Source: Candidatus Ruminococcus primaciens
GTDB taxonomy: Bacteria; Bacillota; Clostridia; Oscillospirales; Ruminococcaceae
Length of the DNA: 61,525 nucleotides
Assembly: GCA_037465745.1 (NCBI GenBank)
Contig: DAPZRJ010000001.1
Location: 1 to 61,525 of the forward strand
Direction: 5' to 3'
Under the pieces are notes generated by a model. The model did no database searches, was not told the DNA's origin, and was given only the letters and a program-made list of their open reading frames with translations. The position numbers were made by a program, and so were the translations under genes. Of this stretch, positions 8,637 to 18,666 are shown piece by piece (position 1 is the first letter of the stretch; every line of letters starts with the position of its first letter).

Positions 8637-9374
8637 ATGGATAGTATTTGGAACCCATGGCATGGATGCCATAAAATAAGTTCAGGCTGTATGAACTGCT
8701 ATGTATACAGGACTGATTCAAAGTACGATAAGGATAGTTCAAAGGTCTGCAAAAATAAAACTTTTGACCTTCCCTTGAAGAAGAAAAGAAATGGTGAGTA
8801 TGCTTTAATGCCTGACAGCAGCGGAATTATCTATACATGCTTTACGTCTGATTTTTTTCTTGAGGATGCTGATGAATGGCGTGACGAGTGTTGGAAAATG
8901 ATAAAAATGCGTTCTGATGCAGAATTTCTTATAATCACTAAAAGAATACATCGTTTTTATGATTGCATTCCTGACGATTGGGGCAGCGGATATGATAATG
9001 TTCATATTTGCTGTACATGTGAAAATCAGGACAGAGCAGACTTTCGACTTCCGATTTTTCGAGATTTACCTATAAAAAAGAAGTCTGTTATATGTGAACC
9101 TTTATTGGAACAAATCGACCTTTCGCCGTATTTATCCAAAGATATAACACAAGTCATAGCAGGTGGTGAGTCCGGCATCAATGCAAGAATTTGCAGATAT
9201 GAATGGATTTTGAAGCTTCGGCAGCAATGCCTGGAAAATCATGTGGATTTTTATTTTAAGCAGACAGGAGCAAAATTTGTCAAAGACGGTAAGCTTTATC
9301 TGCTTCCAAGAAAACTGCATCATTCTCAGGCGAAAAAAGCTGGAATTAATTTGCATTTCAGCAGTGAACAGTAA
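8637..9374 (+). CDS. DUF5131 family (phage Gp37/Gp68-like, three-Cys radical-SAM-like) protein
   Basis: WNPWHGCHKISSGCMNCY, TSDFF, ITKR, CEPLL, VIAGGESG, FYFKQTG. Confidence 0.85.
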   Translation: MDSIWNPWHGCHKISSGCMNCYVYRTDSKYDKDSSKVCKNKTFDLPLKKKRNGEYALMPDSSGIIYTCFTSDFFLEDADEWRDECWKMIKMRSDAEFLIITKRIHRFYDCIPDDWGSGYDNVHICCTCENQDRADFRLPIFRDLPIKKKSVICEPLLEQIDLSPYLSKDITQVIAGGESGINARICRYEWILKLRQQCLENHVDFYFKQTGAKFVKDGKLYLLPRKLHHSQAKKAGINLHFSSEQ

Positions 9375-9401
9375 TCACCAATGTATTTTGCCGAATTGCT
9401 A

Positions 9402-9441
9402 TAAAGGCAGCATCACACAATCTTTGTGCGGTGTTGCCTAA
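9402..9441. repeat. Dispersed palindromic repeat, minimal form
   Basis: taaaggcagcatcacacaa-tc-tttgtgcggtgttgccta. Confidence 0.8.
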
Positions 9442-9503
9442 AATTTTCAATATATTCATTATTATTTCTAATAGCCGTTCTGATTTGGAAAGGCGGTTTT
9501 TAC

Positions 9504-9532
9504 TTGACAAAAATGAGGTAAGGTGGTATACT
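9504..9532 (+). promoter_or_regulatory. Sigma-A promoter upstream of thrR-hom
   Basis: TTGACA-17bp-TATACT with extended TG. Confidence 0.7.
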
Positions 9533-9613
9533 CTTAATGTACAACTGTATTTCATAGGTGGACTGTTTTGTAATGTATACAGGGTGACATAACTTATTTT
9601 AGACAGCCGTATT

Positions 9614-9643
9614 TAAGGTAATAACACACAAAGCTTGTGCGGC
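9614..9643. repeat. Degenerate copy of the dispersed repeat
   Basis: taaggtaataacacacaaagcttgtgcggc. Confidence 0.55.
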
Positions 9644-9745
9644 AGAAATGCAGATATATTTTTTGACATATTATACATAATTTTTGAAAGCATAATGATG
9701 TATGGTGAGAAAATTGTGGTTAGGGGGTACTCTATAATATGAAGG

Positions 9746-9806
9746 AAAATTTGCAGGTTTATGACGTGCTTTGTATGATGTTGCATTTATTTGCGGTACT
9801 GCCTAA
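9746..9806 (-). repeat. Internally deleted copy of the dispersed repeat with a doubled end
   Basis: Reverse complement reads ttaggcagtaccgcaaat-aaat-gcaacatcatacaaagcacgtcataaacctgcaaattt. Confidence 0.65.
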
Positions 9807-9883
9807 AGTCTTTATAACGACTTCTGCTTAATTATATGCTGAATTAAGCTTAGTATTACATATTATATTGCAGGTGTATTTTT

Positions 9884-10327
9884 ATGAAAAATAATCCCCA
9901 GCTGATAGTTGTAGACGCAACCGTTTTGCCTGAGGTATTCGGTAAGGTGCTTGAAGTAAAAAAGCTTATGGCACATAAAGAGGAAAAAAGCTGTGCTTCT
10001 GCATGTAAAAGAATAGGAATTTCAAGAAGTGCCTATTATAAATATAAGGATAGTGTTTTTCCTTATGAGGAAATGCTTACACAAAGTATTGTTAATCTTT
10101 ATGTTCTGCTTAAAGATAAGCCCGGAGTTTTGTCAAGCGTCTTGGTCTATCTTCATGAATTGAAAGCAAATATACTTACGGTTAATCAGAGCATTCCTGT
10201 TGACGGTGTTGCCGCCGTAAATATATCGCTTAAATTGTCAGGTGAATCAAAAGATAAAATTTACTCCCTTAATTCACTTCAGGAAATTGAGGGCGTTGTG
10301 GAAGTTAAGATGCTTTCCGCAGAATGA
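9884..10327 (+). CDS. thrR: ACT-domain regulator of the UPF0735/PheB (ThrR) family
   Basis: LPEVFGKVLEVK, GISRSAYYKYKD HTH, DKPGVLS and NILTVNQSIP ACT motifs; directly upstream of hom. Confidence 0.8.
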   Translation: MKNNPQLIVVDATVLPEVFGKVLEVKKLMAHKEEKSCASACKRIGISRSAYYKYKDSVFPYEEMLTQSIVNLYVLLKDKPGVLSSVLVYLHELKANILTVNQSIPVDGVAAVNISLKLSGESKDKIYSLNSLQEIEGVVEVKMLSAE

Positions 10328-10349
10328 TGTTAAATGGAGGAAATAATTA

Positions 10350-11549
10350 ATGTCAAAATTTGCAGTTTTAGGTCATGGTGTTGTAGGCTCAGGTGTTGTG
10401 GAGCTTTTTTATAAGAATAAGCAGAGTATCGAGAAAAAAGCAGGCTGTGAAATGGATGTCAAGTATATACTTGATTTAAGAGATTTTCCTGATTCTCCTT
10501 ATGCAGATAAGTTTACAAAGGATTTTAACGACATTTTAAATGATGATGAGGTTACTGTTGTTGCTGAATGTATGGGCGGCGTTGAACCTGCATTTACTTT
10601 TGTAAAGTCATGCCTTGAAAAAGGAAAGAGCGTTGCAACGTCAAACAAGGAGCTTGTTGCAGAAAAAGGAGACATACTTCTTGCAATAGCCAAGGAAAAG
10701 AACTGCAATTTCTTCTTTGAGGCAAGTGTAGGCGGAGCTATTCCGATTATCAGACCGCTTCATAAGTGTCTTGCAGGAAATGAAATTACTGCTGTTGCAG
10801 GTATCCTTAACGGTACAACAAATTTCATTCTTACAAAAATGTATAAGGAAAAGATGTCATTTGAATCAGCACTGCAACTTGCTCAGGAGCTTGGTTATGC
10901 AGAAAAAGACCCTACTGCAGATGTTGAAGGTCATGATGCATGCAGAAAAATCTGCATTATTTCTTCACTTGTTTTCGGAAAGCATGTTTATCCAAAAAGT
11001 GTATTTACTAAAGGGATATCAAAGGTTGACCTTAAAGATGTATCAATTGCTGATGATATGAATTACAGTGTAAAGCTTATTGCATCTGTAAAAAAGCAGG
11101 ATAATGGCAAAATTCTGCCTGCTGTAATGCCTATGCTTGTTCCGTTTGACAATATAATCTCAAATGTAAGTGATGTTTTCAACGCAGTTCTTGTAACAGG
11201 TGACGGCTTTGATAAGACAATGTTCTATGGCAGGGGTGCAGGAAAATTCCCTACAGCAAGTGCTGTTCTCGGAGATGTAATTGATTGTGCAAAGCATAAG
11301 ATTACAGTATTTTCACAGTCATGGGAATCATCGAATGATGACAGCTTTATTGATTCCATTGATAACTTTATGGCTAAGTGGTATTTCAGAGTACCTGTTT
11401 CTGACGAGATTTCAAATATTGCAGACGGTGAGATAAAGAATGATAATGATGAAAAAGTATTTATTTCAACTGAAATGAGTTATGCGGCGGCTAAAAAGCT
11501 TGAAGCAGAGCTTTCAGCATCTGCTGTTATGCCGGTACTTAACGATTAG
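10350..11549 (+). CDS. hom: Homoserine dehydrogenase
   Basis: GHGVVGSG, FEASVGGAIP, GILNGTTNFIL, LGYAEKDPTADVEG, GRGAG. Confidence 0.95.
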   Translation: MSKFAVLGHGVVGSGVVELFYKNKQSIEKKAGCEMDVKYILDLRDFPDSPYADKFTKDFNDILNDDEVTVVAECMGGVEPAFTFVKSCLEKGKSVATSNKELVAEKGDILLAIAKEKNCNFFFEASVGGAIPIIRPLHKCLAGNEITAVAGILNGTTNFILTKMYKEKMSFESALQLAQELGYAEKDPTADVEGHDACRKICIISSLVFGKHVYPKSVFTKGISKVDLKDVSIADDMNYSVKLIASVKKQDNGKILPAVMPMLVPFDNIISNVSDVFNAVLVTGDGFDKTMFYGRGAGKFPTASAVLGDVIDCAKHKITVFSQSWESSNDDSFIDSIDNFMAKWYFRVPVSDEISNIADGEIKNDNDEKVFISTEMSYAAAKKLEAELSASAVMPVLND

Positions 11550-11571
11550 TACAATAATTTGAGGTGTTTTA

Positions 11572-12138
11572 ATGGGAATAATACTTGCCTCAGGCTCTCC
11601 GAGAAGAAAAGAATTATTAACTTTGATTACAGATGAATTTCAAATTGTTAAATCTGATGCTGAGGAGAATATCCCTGATAATATTGATGTATTTAAAGCA
11701 TCTGAATTTCTTGCCGGGCTAAAGGCATCTGATGTTTCGGAAAAGTATCCGTGTTCAATAGTAATCGGATGTGATACAACAGTCATTATTGACGGGACTA
11801 TACTTGGTAAACCTGCTAATAAGGAACAGTGCAAAGAGTATCTAAAAATGCTTTCAAATCGTACACATCAGGTAGTTACAGGCTGCTGTTTGAAGTTCGG
11901 AGAGAAAAAAACAATTTTTTCTGAAGTGACAGATGTAACCTTCAGAAAGCTTGATGAAAATGAAATAGATGAATATATTGCAACAGGAGAACCATTTGAT
12001 AAAGCCGGCGGATATGGTATTCAGGGCAAGGGTTCACTTCTTGTTGAAAAAATAAACGGCGATTATTTTAATGTGGTTGGACTGCCTGTTTCAAGGCTTA
12101 ATATTGAAATAAAAAAATTTAAGGAGTTATGCAGATGA
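11572..12138 (+). CDS. maf: Maf family nucleotide pyrophosphatase
   Basis: ILASGSPRRKELL, GCDT, ILGKP, DKAGGYGIQG, NVVGLP. Confidence 0.95.
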   Translation: MGIILASGSPRRKELLTLITDEFQIVKSDAEENIPDNIDVFKASEFLAGLKASDVSEKYPCSIVIGCDTTVIIDGTILGKPANKEQCKEYLKMLSNRTHQVVTGCCLKFGEKKTIFSEVTDVTFRKLDENEIDEYIATGEPFDKAGGYGIQGKGSLLVEKINGDYFNVVGLPVSRLNIEIKKFKELCR

Positions 12139-13397
12139 AACCAGCATTTAGTTCAGCAAATATTTTACTTCCGAAAAACGTTGATATGAATACTTGGTCT
12201 GTTGTTGCGTGTGACCAGTATACAAGTGAGCCTGAATATTGGGACGAGGTTTACAAAAAGATAGGAGATAAGCCGTCTACACTCAATCTTATTCTTCCTG
12301 AGCTTTACCTTGAAGAACCTGATGTTGCTGAAAGAATTGAAAAAATTCATGCTGAAATGAATGAGTATATCAACAGTAATATTTTTGAAGAAAATAAGAA
12401 TGCAATGATTTACGTTGAAAGAGTGCAAAGCAACGGAATTGTAAGAGCAGGCATAATCGGAAACATCGACCTTGAGGAATATTGCTTTGAAAAGGGCAGT
12501 ACATCTCAGGTAAGAGCAACTGAAGCTACTGTAATTGAGCGTATTCCGCCAAGAATTAAGGTAAGAGAAAATGCTCCGCTTGAACTGCCTCATATAATGA
12601 TTCTTATTGATGATGAGGAAAATACCGTTATAGAGCCATTGTCTGAATATAAGTCTGAAATGAAAAAGCTTTATGATTTTCCGCTTATGCAGGGCGGCGG
12701 CAGTATTTCAGGATATCTTATAGATGAAATTGTCCAGAGAAAAATAATTGATTCACTTTCAGCTTTGGGTGATAAGGACAAATTTAATAAGAAATACGGA
12801 CTTGAAAATATGCCGGTACTTCTTTTTGCAATGGGTGACGGCAATCATTCTCTTGCTACTGCAAAAACATTTTATGAGAATTTGAAAAAAGCAAATCCGA
12901 ATAAAGATATGTCAAATCATCCTGCAAGATATGCACTTGCTGAAATTGTAAATCTTCACAGCAAAGCTCTTGAATTTGAAGCAATACACAGAATAGTGCG
13001 TAATGTTGATAATGAAAAGCTGATTGACGCTATGAATAATGTACTTGAAATAACTGATGAACCGCAGGAGCAGTCATTTATATATTATTGCGGTGGAACT
13101 GAGAAAAAGGTTTATATCAAGAATACATCATCAAATCTTACGGTAGGTTCACTCCAAATGTTCCTTGATTCATATTTAAAGGAAAATTGCGGAGAAATTG
13201 ACTATATTCATGGTACAGATGCAGTTAAAAAGCTTGCTGATAAATATAACGGCATTGGATTTATTCTTCCTGACATGAATAAAAATCAGCTTTTCCCTAC
13301 AGTTATCAAGGACGGTGCATTGCCAAGAAAGACCTTTTCTATGGGACATGCAGCAGATAAACGTTTTTATATAGAATGCAGAAGAATAAGTGAATAA
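12129..13397 (+). CDS. DUF1015 family protein
   Basis: WSVVACDQYTS, RATEAT, MGDGNHSLATAK, LPRKTFSMG. Confidence 0.85.
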   Translation: MQMKPAFSSANILLPKNVDMNTWSVVACDQYTSEPEYWDEVYKKIGDKPSTLNLILPELYLEEPDVAERIEKIHAEMNEYINSNIFEENKNAMIYVERVQSNGIVRAGIIGNIDLEEYCFEKGSTSQVRATEATVIERIPPRIKVRENAPLELPHIMILIDDEENTVIEPLSEYKSEMKKLYDFPLMQGGGSISGYLIDEIVQRKIIDSLSALGDKDKFNKKYGLENMPVLLFAMGDGNHSLATAKTFYENLKKANPNKDMSNHPARYALAEIVNLHSKALEFEAIHRIVRNVDNEKLIDAMNNVLEITDEPQEQSFIYYCGGTEKKVYIKNTSSNLTVGSLQMFLDSYLKENCGEIDYIHGTDAVKKLADKYNGIGFILPDMNKNQLFPTVIKDGALPRKTFSMGHAADKRFYIECRRISE

Positions 13398-13399
13398 AT

Positions 13400-13433
13400 T
13401 ATAACACCGTACAGTTTTCGTGCGGTGTTGCTA
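13400..13433. repeat. Dispersed palindromic repeat, minimal form
   Basis: taacaccgtac-agttttc-gtgcggtgttgcta. Confidence 0.75.
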
Positions 13434-13438
13434 AAAAT

Positions 13439-13476
13439 AAGGGAACACTCTTTAAATTGAGCGTTCCCTTGTTTTT
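13439..13476. terminator. Intrinsic terminator between convergent DUF1015 and mrdA
   Basis: aagggaacactc...gagcgttccctt followed by gttttt. Confidence 0.7.
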
Positions 13477-15591
13477 TTATTGAGCAGTTGTTGTCTGAAC
13501 TGTTGTGGTTGTTTCAGCAGTGGAGACGTCTGTACCTGATACAGCAGCAGTTCCTGTTACAACAGGCTCTTTATCTGCTGTTGGAGATACACCATTTAAT
13601 CCATAATATTTTTGATATGCAAGAATAAGATCTCTTATCATGTATTTTGAATAGTCACCGCCCTCGATAACGCCTGCAAAAGCAATTTCAGGGTCATTAA
13701 CAGGTGCATATCCGATAAAGAATGAGTCTTGTATTCTGCCTCCGCCTGTTTCAGGAGTACCTGTTTTGATTGCTACGTCAAATCCGAGATTTGAAAGTGA
13801 ATAAGCTGCAGGAACATTATGAGAAGCGTCAATCATACCTTCTTCAATGTAGTCATACACATAATCATAATTCAATGGGATTTGTTCTGCAATTGTTTTT
13901 TCAGTTTTTTCAAGGCAGTTATCTGTGCCATATTCATAAATTCCGTCAATAAGGAAAGGCTTATACCTTACGCCTTTATTGGCTAGAGTATTTGCAACAC
14001 ACGCCATTTGCAGAGGTGTTACGCCTGATTCAGCATTACCTATACCCGCCTGCAAAACATAACCTACATACCACTCCATTCCAAGACGTTCATGTTCTTC
14101 CGGAGTAGCAAGGTATCCTGTAGCATCGCCTGTTTCAATTCCTGTATTTTGTCCAAGACCATAGAGTGTTGCATATTTTGATATACCATCAATAGTAAGA
14201 CGCTGTGCAAGTTCATAGAAGTAAATATTACATGAAACTTCAATTGCTCTTGCAACTGAAATGTTGCCATGATATCCTGTACAATGAACTACAGTATCAA
14301 TATATTTATAATCTTGTCCGCAGAAAAAACTTGTCTGACCGTTGACAAGACCTTCATTAAGTCCGGCAGTTGCAGTAATCGTCTTAAATGTTGAACCCGG
14401 ACGGTAAAGACCATAAGTAGCTCTGTTTAAAAGCGGTGAATTTTCAGAATTAAGGATTTTCTCATAGTCTTTTTTATAGTCATTAAGATTGTAGGTCGGT
14501 GCAGTTGCCATTCCTCTTACCGCACCTGTTTTAGCGTCAAGAACAACAAGAGAACCGCATTTAATATTTTTCAGCTTTGGATTTTGATTAATGGACTGAA
14601 AGTTATTTATAAAATTAACAAGAATGTTTTGCAGTTCCTTTTGATACCCACTGTTGATTGTTATTTTTACTGTTTTACCCTCAACTGTATCAACAGTAGT
14701 TTTTTCGTCAACTATCGCACCGTTCAGAATTGATATTTCCTCTTGACCGTTGCTGCCACGGAGAGTTTCTTCCATAACTTTTTCAATTCCGCTTTTTCCG
14801 ACTACATCGTTAAGCGCATATCCCTTTTGTTTAAGTTCATCATATTCATCTGCATATATAGGGCCGACTGTTCCGATTTCATGAGGAATAATATCGCCCT
14901 GTGTGATTTCTCTTACAGCAGCTTCTACTACATTTACGCCTCTTAAAACTGTACTTTTTTCTTTTATTTCTATAAGAGTTTCAATGTCTATATTTTCTGC
15001 AAAAATAAAATCATTGGAATAGGCAAAGTCCTTTAAAATCAGCTCATATCTGAGCCCTGCAATAATTCTTTTTTCATCATCTGAATACTCGTCTGATATG
15101 TCATAATCGTCAATGATTTTGTCAATACAGTTTTCTGCGGTTGCATAAACATTCAGATTAATTGAAGATTTAAGTTCAGCCGCGTCATCATCTGAATCGG
15201 GGAGAAAAACATAAGGAAAAGTTTTGCTTATCGGAATACTGTCCTTAAATTCATACCCATGATTAAGAAGAATTTGATAGGTTTCAAGTAAAATTCGATT
15301 GCCTGTTTTATTATCTTCAGGGAAAAGAGCCTTCTCGATAACCACATTATATGCCGTTGAATTACATATAATAGGATTTCCGCTATAATCAACGATTTCT
15401 CCTCGTGTTGACTTGATATTTTTTGTATAAACAAATGCCCCTGAGTTGCTTTGTGGATTTTTGATTATTTCATCATCGCCTACAATCTGGATTTTCATTA
15501 ACCTGACTGCACTTAATATTCCAAGCAAAAGTACAAAAGCAACTGTAAGGGCTAATTTTATATGTTCAGCAAATCCTTTCAAAAAGCTCAC
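13477..15591 (-). CDS. mrdA: Class B penicillin-binding protein 2 (elongasome)
   Basis: N-terminal TM, RGEIVD, GKSGIE, SxxK (GSTFK), SxN (SCN), KTG; downstream of mreBCD. Confidence 0.9.
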   Translation of the reverse strand: MSFLKGFAEHIKLALTVAFVLLLGILSAVRLMKIQIVGDDEIIKNPQSNSGAFVYTKNIKSTRGEIVDYSGNPIICNSTAYNVVIEKALFPEDNKTGNRILLETYQILLNHGYEFKDSIPISKTFPYVFLPDSDDDAAELKSSINLNVYATAENCIDKIIDDYDISDEYSDDEKRIIAGLRYELILKDFAYSNDFIFAENIDIETLIEIKEKSTVLRGVNVVEAAVREITQGDIIPHEIGTVGPIYADEYDELKQKGYALNDVVGKSGIEKVMEETLRGSNGQEEISILNGAIVDEKTTVDTVEGKTVKITINSGYQKELQNILVNFINNFQSINQNPKLKNIKCGSLVVLDAKTGAVRGMATAPTYNLNDYKKDYEKILNSENSPLLNRATYGLYRPGSTFKTITATAGLNEGLVNGQTSFFCGQDYKYIDTVVHCTGYHGNISVARAIEVSCNIYFYELAQRLTIDGISKYATLYGLGQNTGIETGDATGYLATPEEHERLGMEWYVGYVLQAGIGNAESGVTPLQMACVANTLANKGVRYKPFLIDGIYEYGTDNCLEKTEKTIAEQIPLNYDYVYDYIEEGMIDASHNVPAAYSLSNLGFDVAIKTGTPETGGGRIQDSFFIGYAPVNDPEIAFAGVIEGGDYSKYMIRDLILAYQKYYGLNGVSPTADKEPVVTGTAAVSGTDVSTAETTTTVQTTTAQ

Positions 15592-16151
15592 TCCTCAAAG
15601 TTTTTAATTGCTTCTTCAATACTAAGGTGTGGTTTTGGCATAAGAAGTTTATTGATAAGTGTGATGATGCCGTATATTACCACAGAAGATATAATGGTCA
15701 TAATCCAGACAGGAACAGTGTAATTTCTGAAAATAAGACCGGAATCCTCATAACCCCATATATCATAGTAAAAATTAAAATCGAGAAGTCCATGTATAAA
15801 TGAAACAACAGATGTTACAACAAATGAATTAATAAACTTGTTTCTCAGCAGATTTGAATACAAAAGTGATACTGCAACGCAAAATATACAAAGCAAAACA
15901 GCATTATATCCGAAAAGCTTATTGCAACTTATATCAATTAGAAATCCGCATAAAATTCCAACAGCAGCTGATTGCAGTTCACCTGTATTGGCTGATATGC
16001 ATATAGCAGCCGGTATAAGTAAAATTGGTTTAAGGTGCGTGCCTGAACACATAATAAGGAAGCATATGAATATTAAAACCAAATATAAAAACCAGCGTAA
16101 AGCAGTTTTAATAATGAATATTCTTTTTTCTTTTGTTGTTTTAATCTTCAT
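15588..16151 (-). CDS. mreD: Rod shape-determining protein MreD
   Basis: Polytopic membrane protein with GFLID motif between mreC and mrdA; ATG at 16151 preferred. Confidence 0.8.
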   Translation of the reverse strand: MKIKTTKEKRIFIIKTALRWFLYLVLIFICFLIMCSGTHLKPILLIPAAICISANTGELQSAAVGILCGFLIDISCNKLFGYNAVLLCIFCVAVSLLYSNLLRNKFINSFVVTSVVSFIHGLLDFNFYYDIWGYEDSGLIFRNYTVPVWIMTIISSVVIYGIITLINKLLMPKPHLSIEEAIKNFEE

Positions 16152-17001
16152 AGTAAGAAGCGTCCTTTCCGTCAAAGTCAGTAATAACGATGACCGAAGT
16201 CAGACGGTCAATGCGGACTGACGGTTCAATTACCGCATAGTAGGAAAGTCCTGTTGAATCAAGACCAAATTCTTTTACAGTTCCTATGGAATAGCCATGA
16301 GGGAACAGTCCGCTTGTACCTGTTGTGGTCATAAGCTCACCCTCTTTAAGATTATTTTCCTTTGGAACAAGAGTAAGCTCTGTTTTATTTTCCAGTGCGA
16401 GAGCAATCGAACCTTCGATAATACCTGCATCATCTGAAGCTGAAGATACAGCAGCAACAGAAAGGTCAGGTGAGAGAATAGTTCTTACTACTGATGATTC
16501 GGAAGATACCTCAATAGTTATACCGATAAGACCTTCACCTGTAACAACAGGGCAATACGGCTTAATTCCGTCATTTGAACCCTTATCAATGGTAAATGAT
16601 TTAAAAGGGTCATTAGCTGTATATGAAATTACCTTGCATGGTTCAGACAATATAAGGTCTTCCTGCTTTTCCTTGATTCCGACAAATTTACGAAGCTCCT
16701 CAAGTTCAGCCTTTGTGGATTCATAGTCTGAAAGCTTTTCATTGAGTTCACCGATCTGATCTCTTAATCGCTGATTTTCATTGTAATATTCCGTTGCATT
16801 TGAAAGCTTGTCAAGATTTGTTTCAATTTTAACAGCAACAGCATTTGAAAAGCTTTTAAAAGGTTTTGTAATAGTATTTATAATAGAAACACCTGAAAGT
16901 GAGTATCCGCCTTTTGTTACAGCAAATATCATAATGCCTATTAAAAACGCAAGCATTGTAAGTATCACTTTAAATTTAAAGCTTTTGAAGAAATCGTGCA
17001 T
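16141..17001 (-). CDS. mreC: Rod shape-determining protein MreC
   Basis: TM, coiled coil (ENQRLR), IDKGSNDGI, GLIG, GLFPHG. Confidence 0.93.
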   Translation of the reverse strand: MHDFFKSFKFKVILTMLAFLIGIMIFAVTKGGYSLSGVSIINTITKPFKSFSNAVAVKIETNLDKLSNATEYYNENQRLRDQIGELNEKLSDYESTKAELEELRKFVGIKEKQEDLILSEPCKVISYTANDPFKSFTIDKGSNDGIKPYCPVVTGEGLIGITIEVSSESSVVRTILSPDLSVAAVSSASDDAGIIEGSIALALENKTELTLVPKENNLKEGELMTTTGTSGLFPHGYSIGTVKEFGLDSTGLSYYAVIEPSVRIDRLTSVIVITDFDGKDASYYED

Positions 17002-17015
17002 TAACCGATTCCCCC

Positions 17016-18032
17016 TTAATAATATTTGACGTTTTCAGTCAAAGCGTCCTGATACTGTTCAATGTTTTCAAGAATTTTTCCTGTACCCTCCGCAACACAG
17101 TCAAGAGGATATTCGGCAATATAAACAGGCATACCTGTTTCACGGTTTATTAGCTTGTCCAGACCTCTCAATAAAGCACCGCCGCCTGCAAGAGTGATGC
17201 CCTGGTCAATAATATCAGCCGAAAGCTCAGGCGGAGTTGATTCAAGAGTGACTTTTATAGCGTCAATTACCTTTGCAAGAGGTTCTACCAATGCATCTCT
17301 TATTTCAGCAGATGAAATGGTAATATTTTCAGGCAGACCGTTTAAGAGGTTACGCCCCTTTATTTCCATAGTTTCTTCATTTTCACTTGGAAAAGCCGAA
17401 CCGATTTCTATTTTAATATTTTCAGCAGTACGTTCACCTATAAGAAGATTATACTTCTTTTTTATAAAGTTAATTATTGAAGCGTCAAATGCATCACCTG
17501 CACATCTTATTGAACGTGACGCAACAATTCCGCCTAGAGAAACTACTGCAACTTCACTTGTACCGCCGCCGATATCAACTATCATACAACCGGTAGGTGA
17601 TGTAGTAGGAAGTCCTGCACCAATTGCGGCAGCCATAGGTTCTTCTACGATCAAAACATTTTGTGCTCCTGCTTTTTTGCATGATTCCCGTACAGCACGT
17701 CTTTCAACAGCAGTAACACCTGAAGGGATACATATTATAACATTAGCTTTAGTTAGAATAGTACCTTTCATAGCTTTTTTGATAAATTCCTGAAGCATGG
17801 TTGTAGCAATATCAAAATCGGCAATAACGCCGTCTTTAAGCGGACGTACAGCAACAATTGAACCAGGGGTTCTGCCGATAACGTCCTTAGCCTCCTTGCC
17901 GACATAGCGGCATTTATCAGTTCTGGTATTTACAGCAACAACAGATGGTTCTCTGATTATAATACCTTTATTACGCATATATACAAGGGTATTAGCTGTA
18001 CCTAAATCTATACCAATATCTTTTGTAAACAT
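17016..18032 (-). CDS. mreB: Actin-like MreB
   Basis: IGIDLGTANT, EPSVVA, EEPMAAAIGAG, VDIGGGTSEVA, GGGALL. Confidence 0.97.
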   Translation of the reverse strand: MFTKDIGIDLGTANTLVYMRNKGIIIREPSVVAVNTRTDKCRYVGKEAKDVIGRTPGSIVAVRPLKDGVIADFDIATTMLQEFIKKAMKGTILTKANVIICIPSGVTAVERRAVRESCKKAGAQNVLIVEEPMAAAIGAGLPTTSPTGCMIVDIGGGTSEVAVVSLGGIVASRSIRCAGDAFDASIINFIKKKYNLLIGERTAENIKIEIGSAFPSENEETMEIKGRNLLNGLPENITISSAEIRDALVEPLAKVIDAIKVTLESTPPELSADIIDQGITLAGGGALLRGLDKLINRETGMPVYIAEYPLDCVAEGTGKILENIEQYQDALTENVKYY

Positions 18033-18211
18033 TCTTTTGAAGCTCCTTATCTATATGACTGTTCATTATATTATAACACGATTTTGCAGTATAGACAATA
18101 ATTTAATGTGAGAATTTTTACCATATAATTTTTTCAGTTAATTTCCAACAGTAAATCATGCTGAAAGCACGAAAAATTGTAGAAAAGATAAATGAACATC
18201 AAGTTTTTGCA

Positions 18212-18288
18212 TATGGCAACACCGTACAAAGCCCGCCTGACGGCTTTGTACAACATTTGTCGTACAATCTTTGTGCGGTGTTGCCATA
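18212..18288. repeat. Dispersed repeat with near-perfect ends and a nested internal hairpin
   Basis: tatggcaacaccgtacaaag...ctttgtgcggtgttgccata; internal gtacaaagcc/ggctttgtac. Confidence 0.85.
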
Positions 18289-18315
18289 GAATTATTGTCT
18301 TATTTTTATGCTGAT

Positions 18316-18359
18316 AAAACACCGTACAAGTTTTTTTGATGCAGTTTATACGGTGCTTT
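18316..18359. repeat. Degenerate copy of the dispersed repeat
   Basis: aaaacaccgtacaag...tttatacggtgcttt. Confidence 0.65.
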
Positions 18360-18371
18360 CATGACAAATTT

Positions 18372-18632
18372 TTACAGACCCAGTGCTTTTGTAGCTTTAG
18401 GATAAACAGCAAGACCTGTGATAATAAATAAAATCTGAGCAACATTTACTCTGATTGAACATCCGAAGTTAATGTTAATAACAGAAAGGTCAAGATTAAG
18501 AGAATCAAGCTTAAAGCCCTTAGAATAAGAAAGCCAGTCAAGAAATTCCACGCCGTTTGCAGTGTTGCCCACAAGTGAACCCAGGATAATCGCAGCCATA
18601 ATAATTACAACTAAAACAAAATTTTTCTTCAT
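18372..18632 (-). CDS. DUF4321-like small membrane protein
   Basis: Two TM segments, WLSY...LDLSVI...FG pattern; AGGAG RBS. Confidence 0.7.
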   Translation of the reverse strand: MKKNFVLVVIIMAAIILGSLVGNTANGVEFLDWLSYSKGFKLDSLNLDLSVININFGCSIRVNVAQILFIITGLAVYPKATKALGL

Positions 18633-18666
18633 TTTTTACATCTCCTGTTTATTTTAAATCCAAAAA

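Noticed and set aside
8637..9374. DUF5131 gene as a sign of a prophage
   Set aside because: No other phage genes, integrase or att-like boundary nearby
17155..17793. Long antisense ORFs (212 aa opposite mreB; 231 aa at 27709-28404 opposite iscS; many shorter ones)
   Set aside because: Shadow frames of conserved genes, with no recognisable motifs
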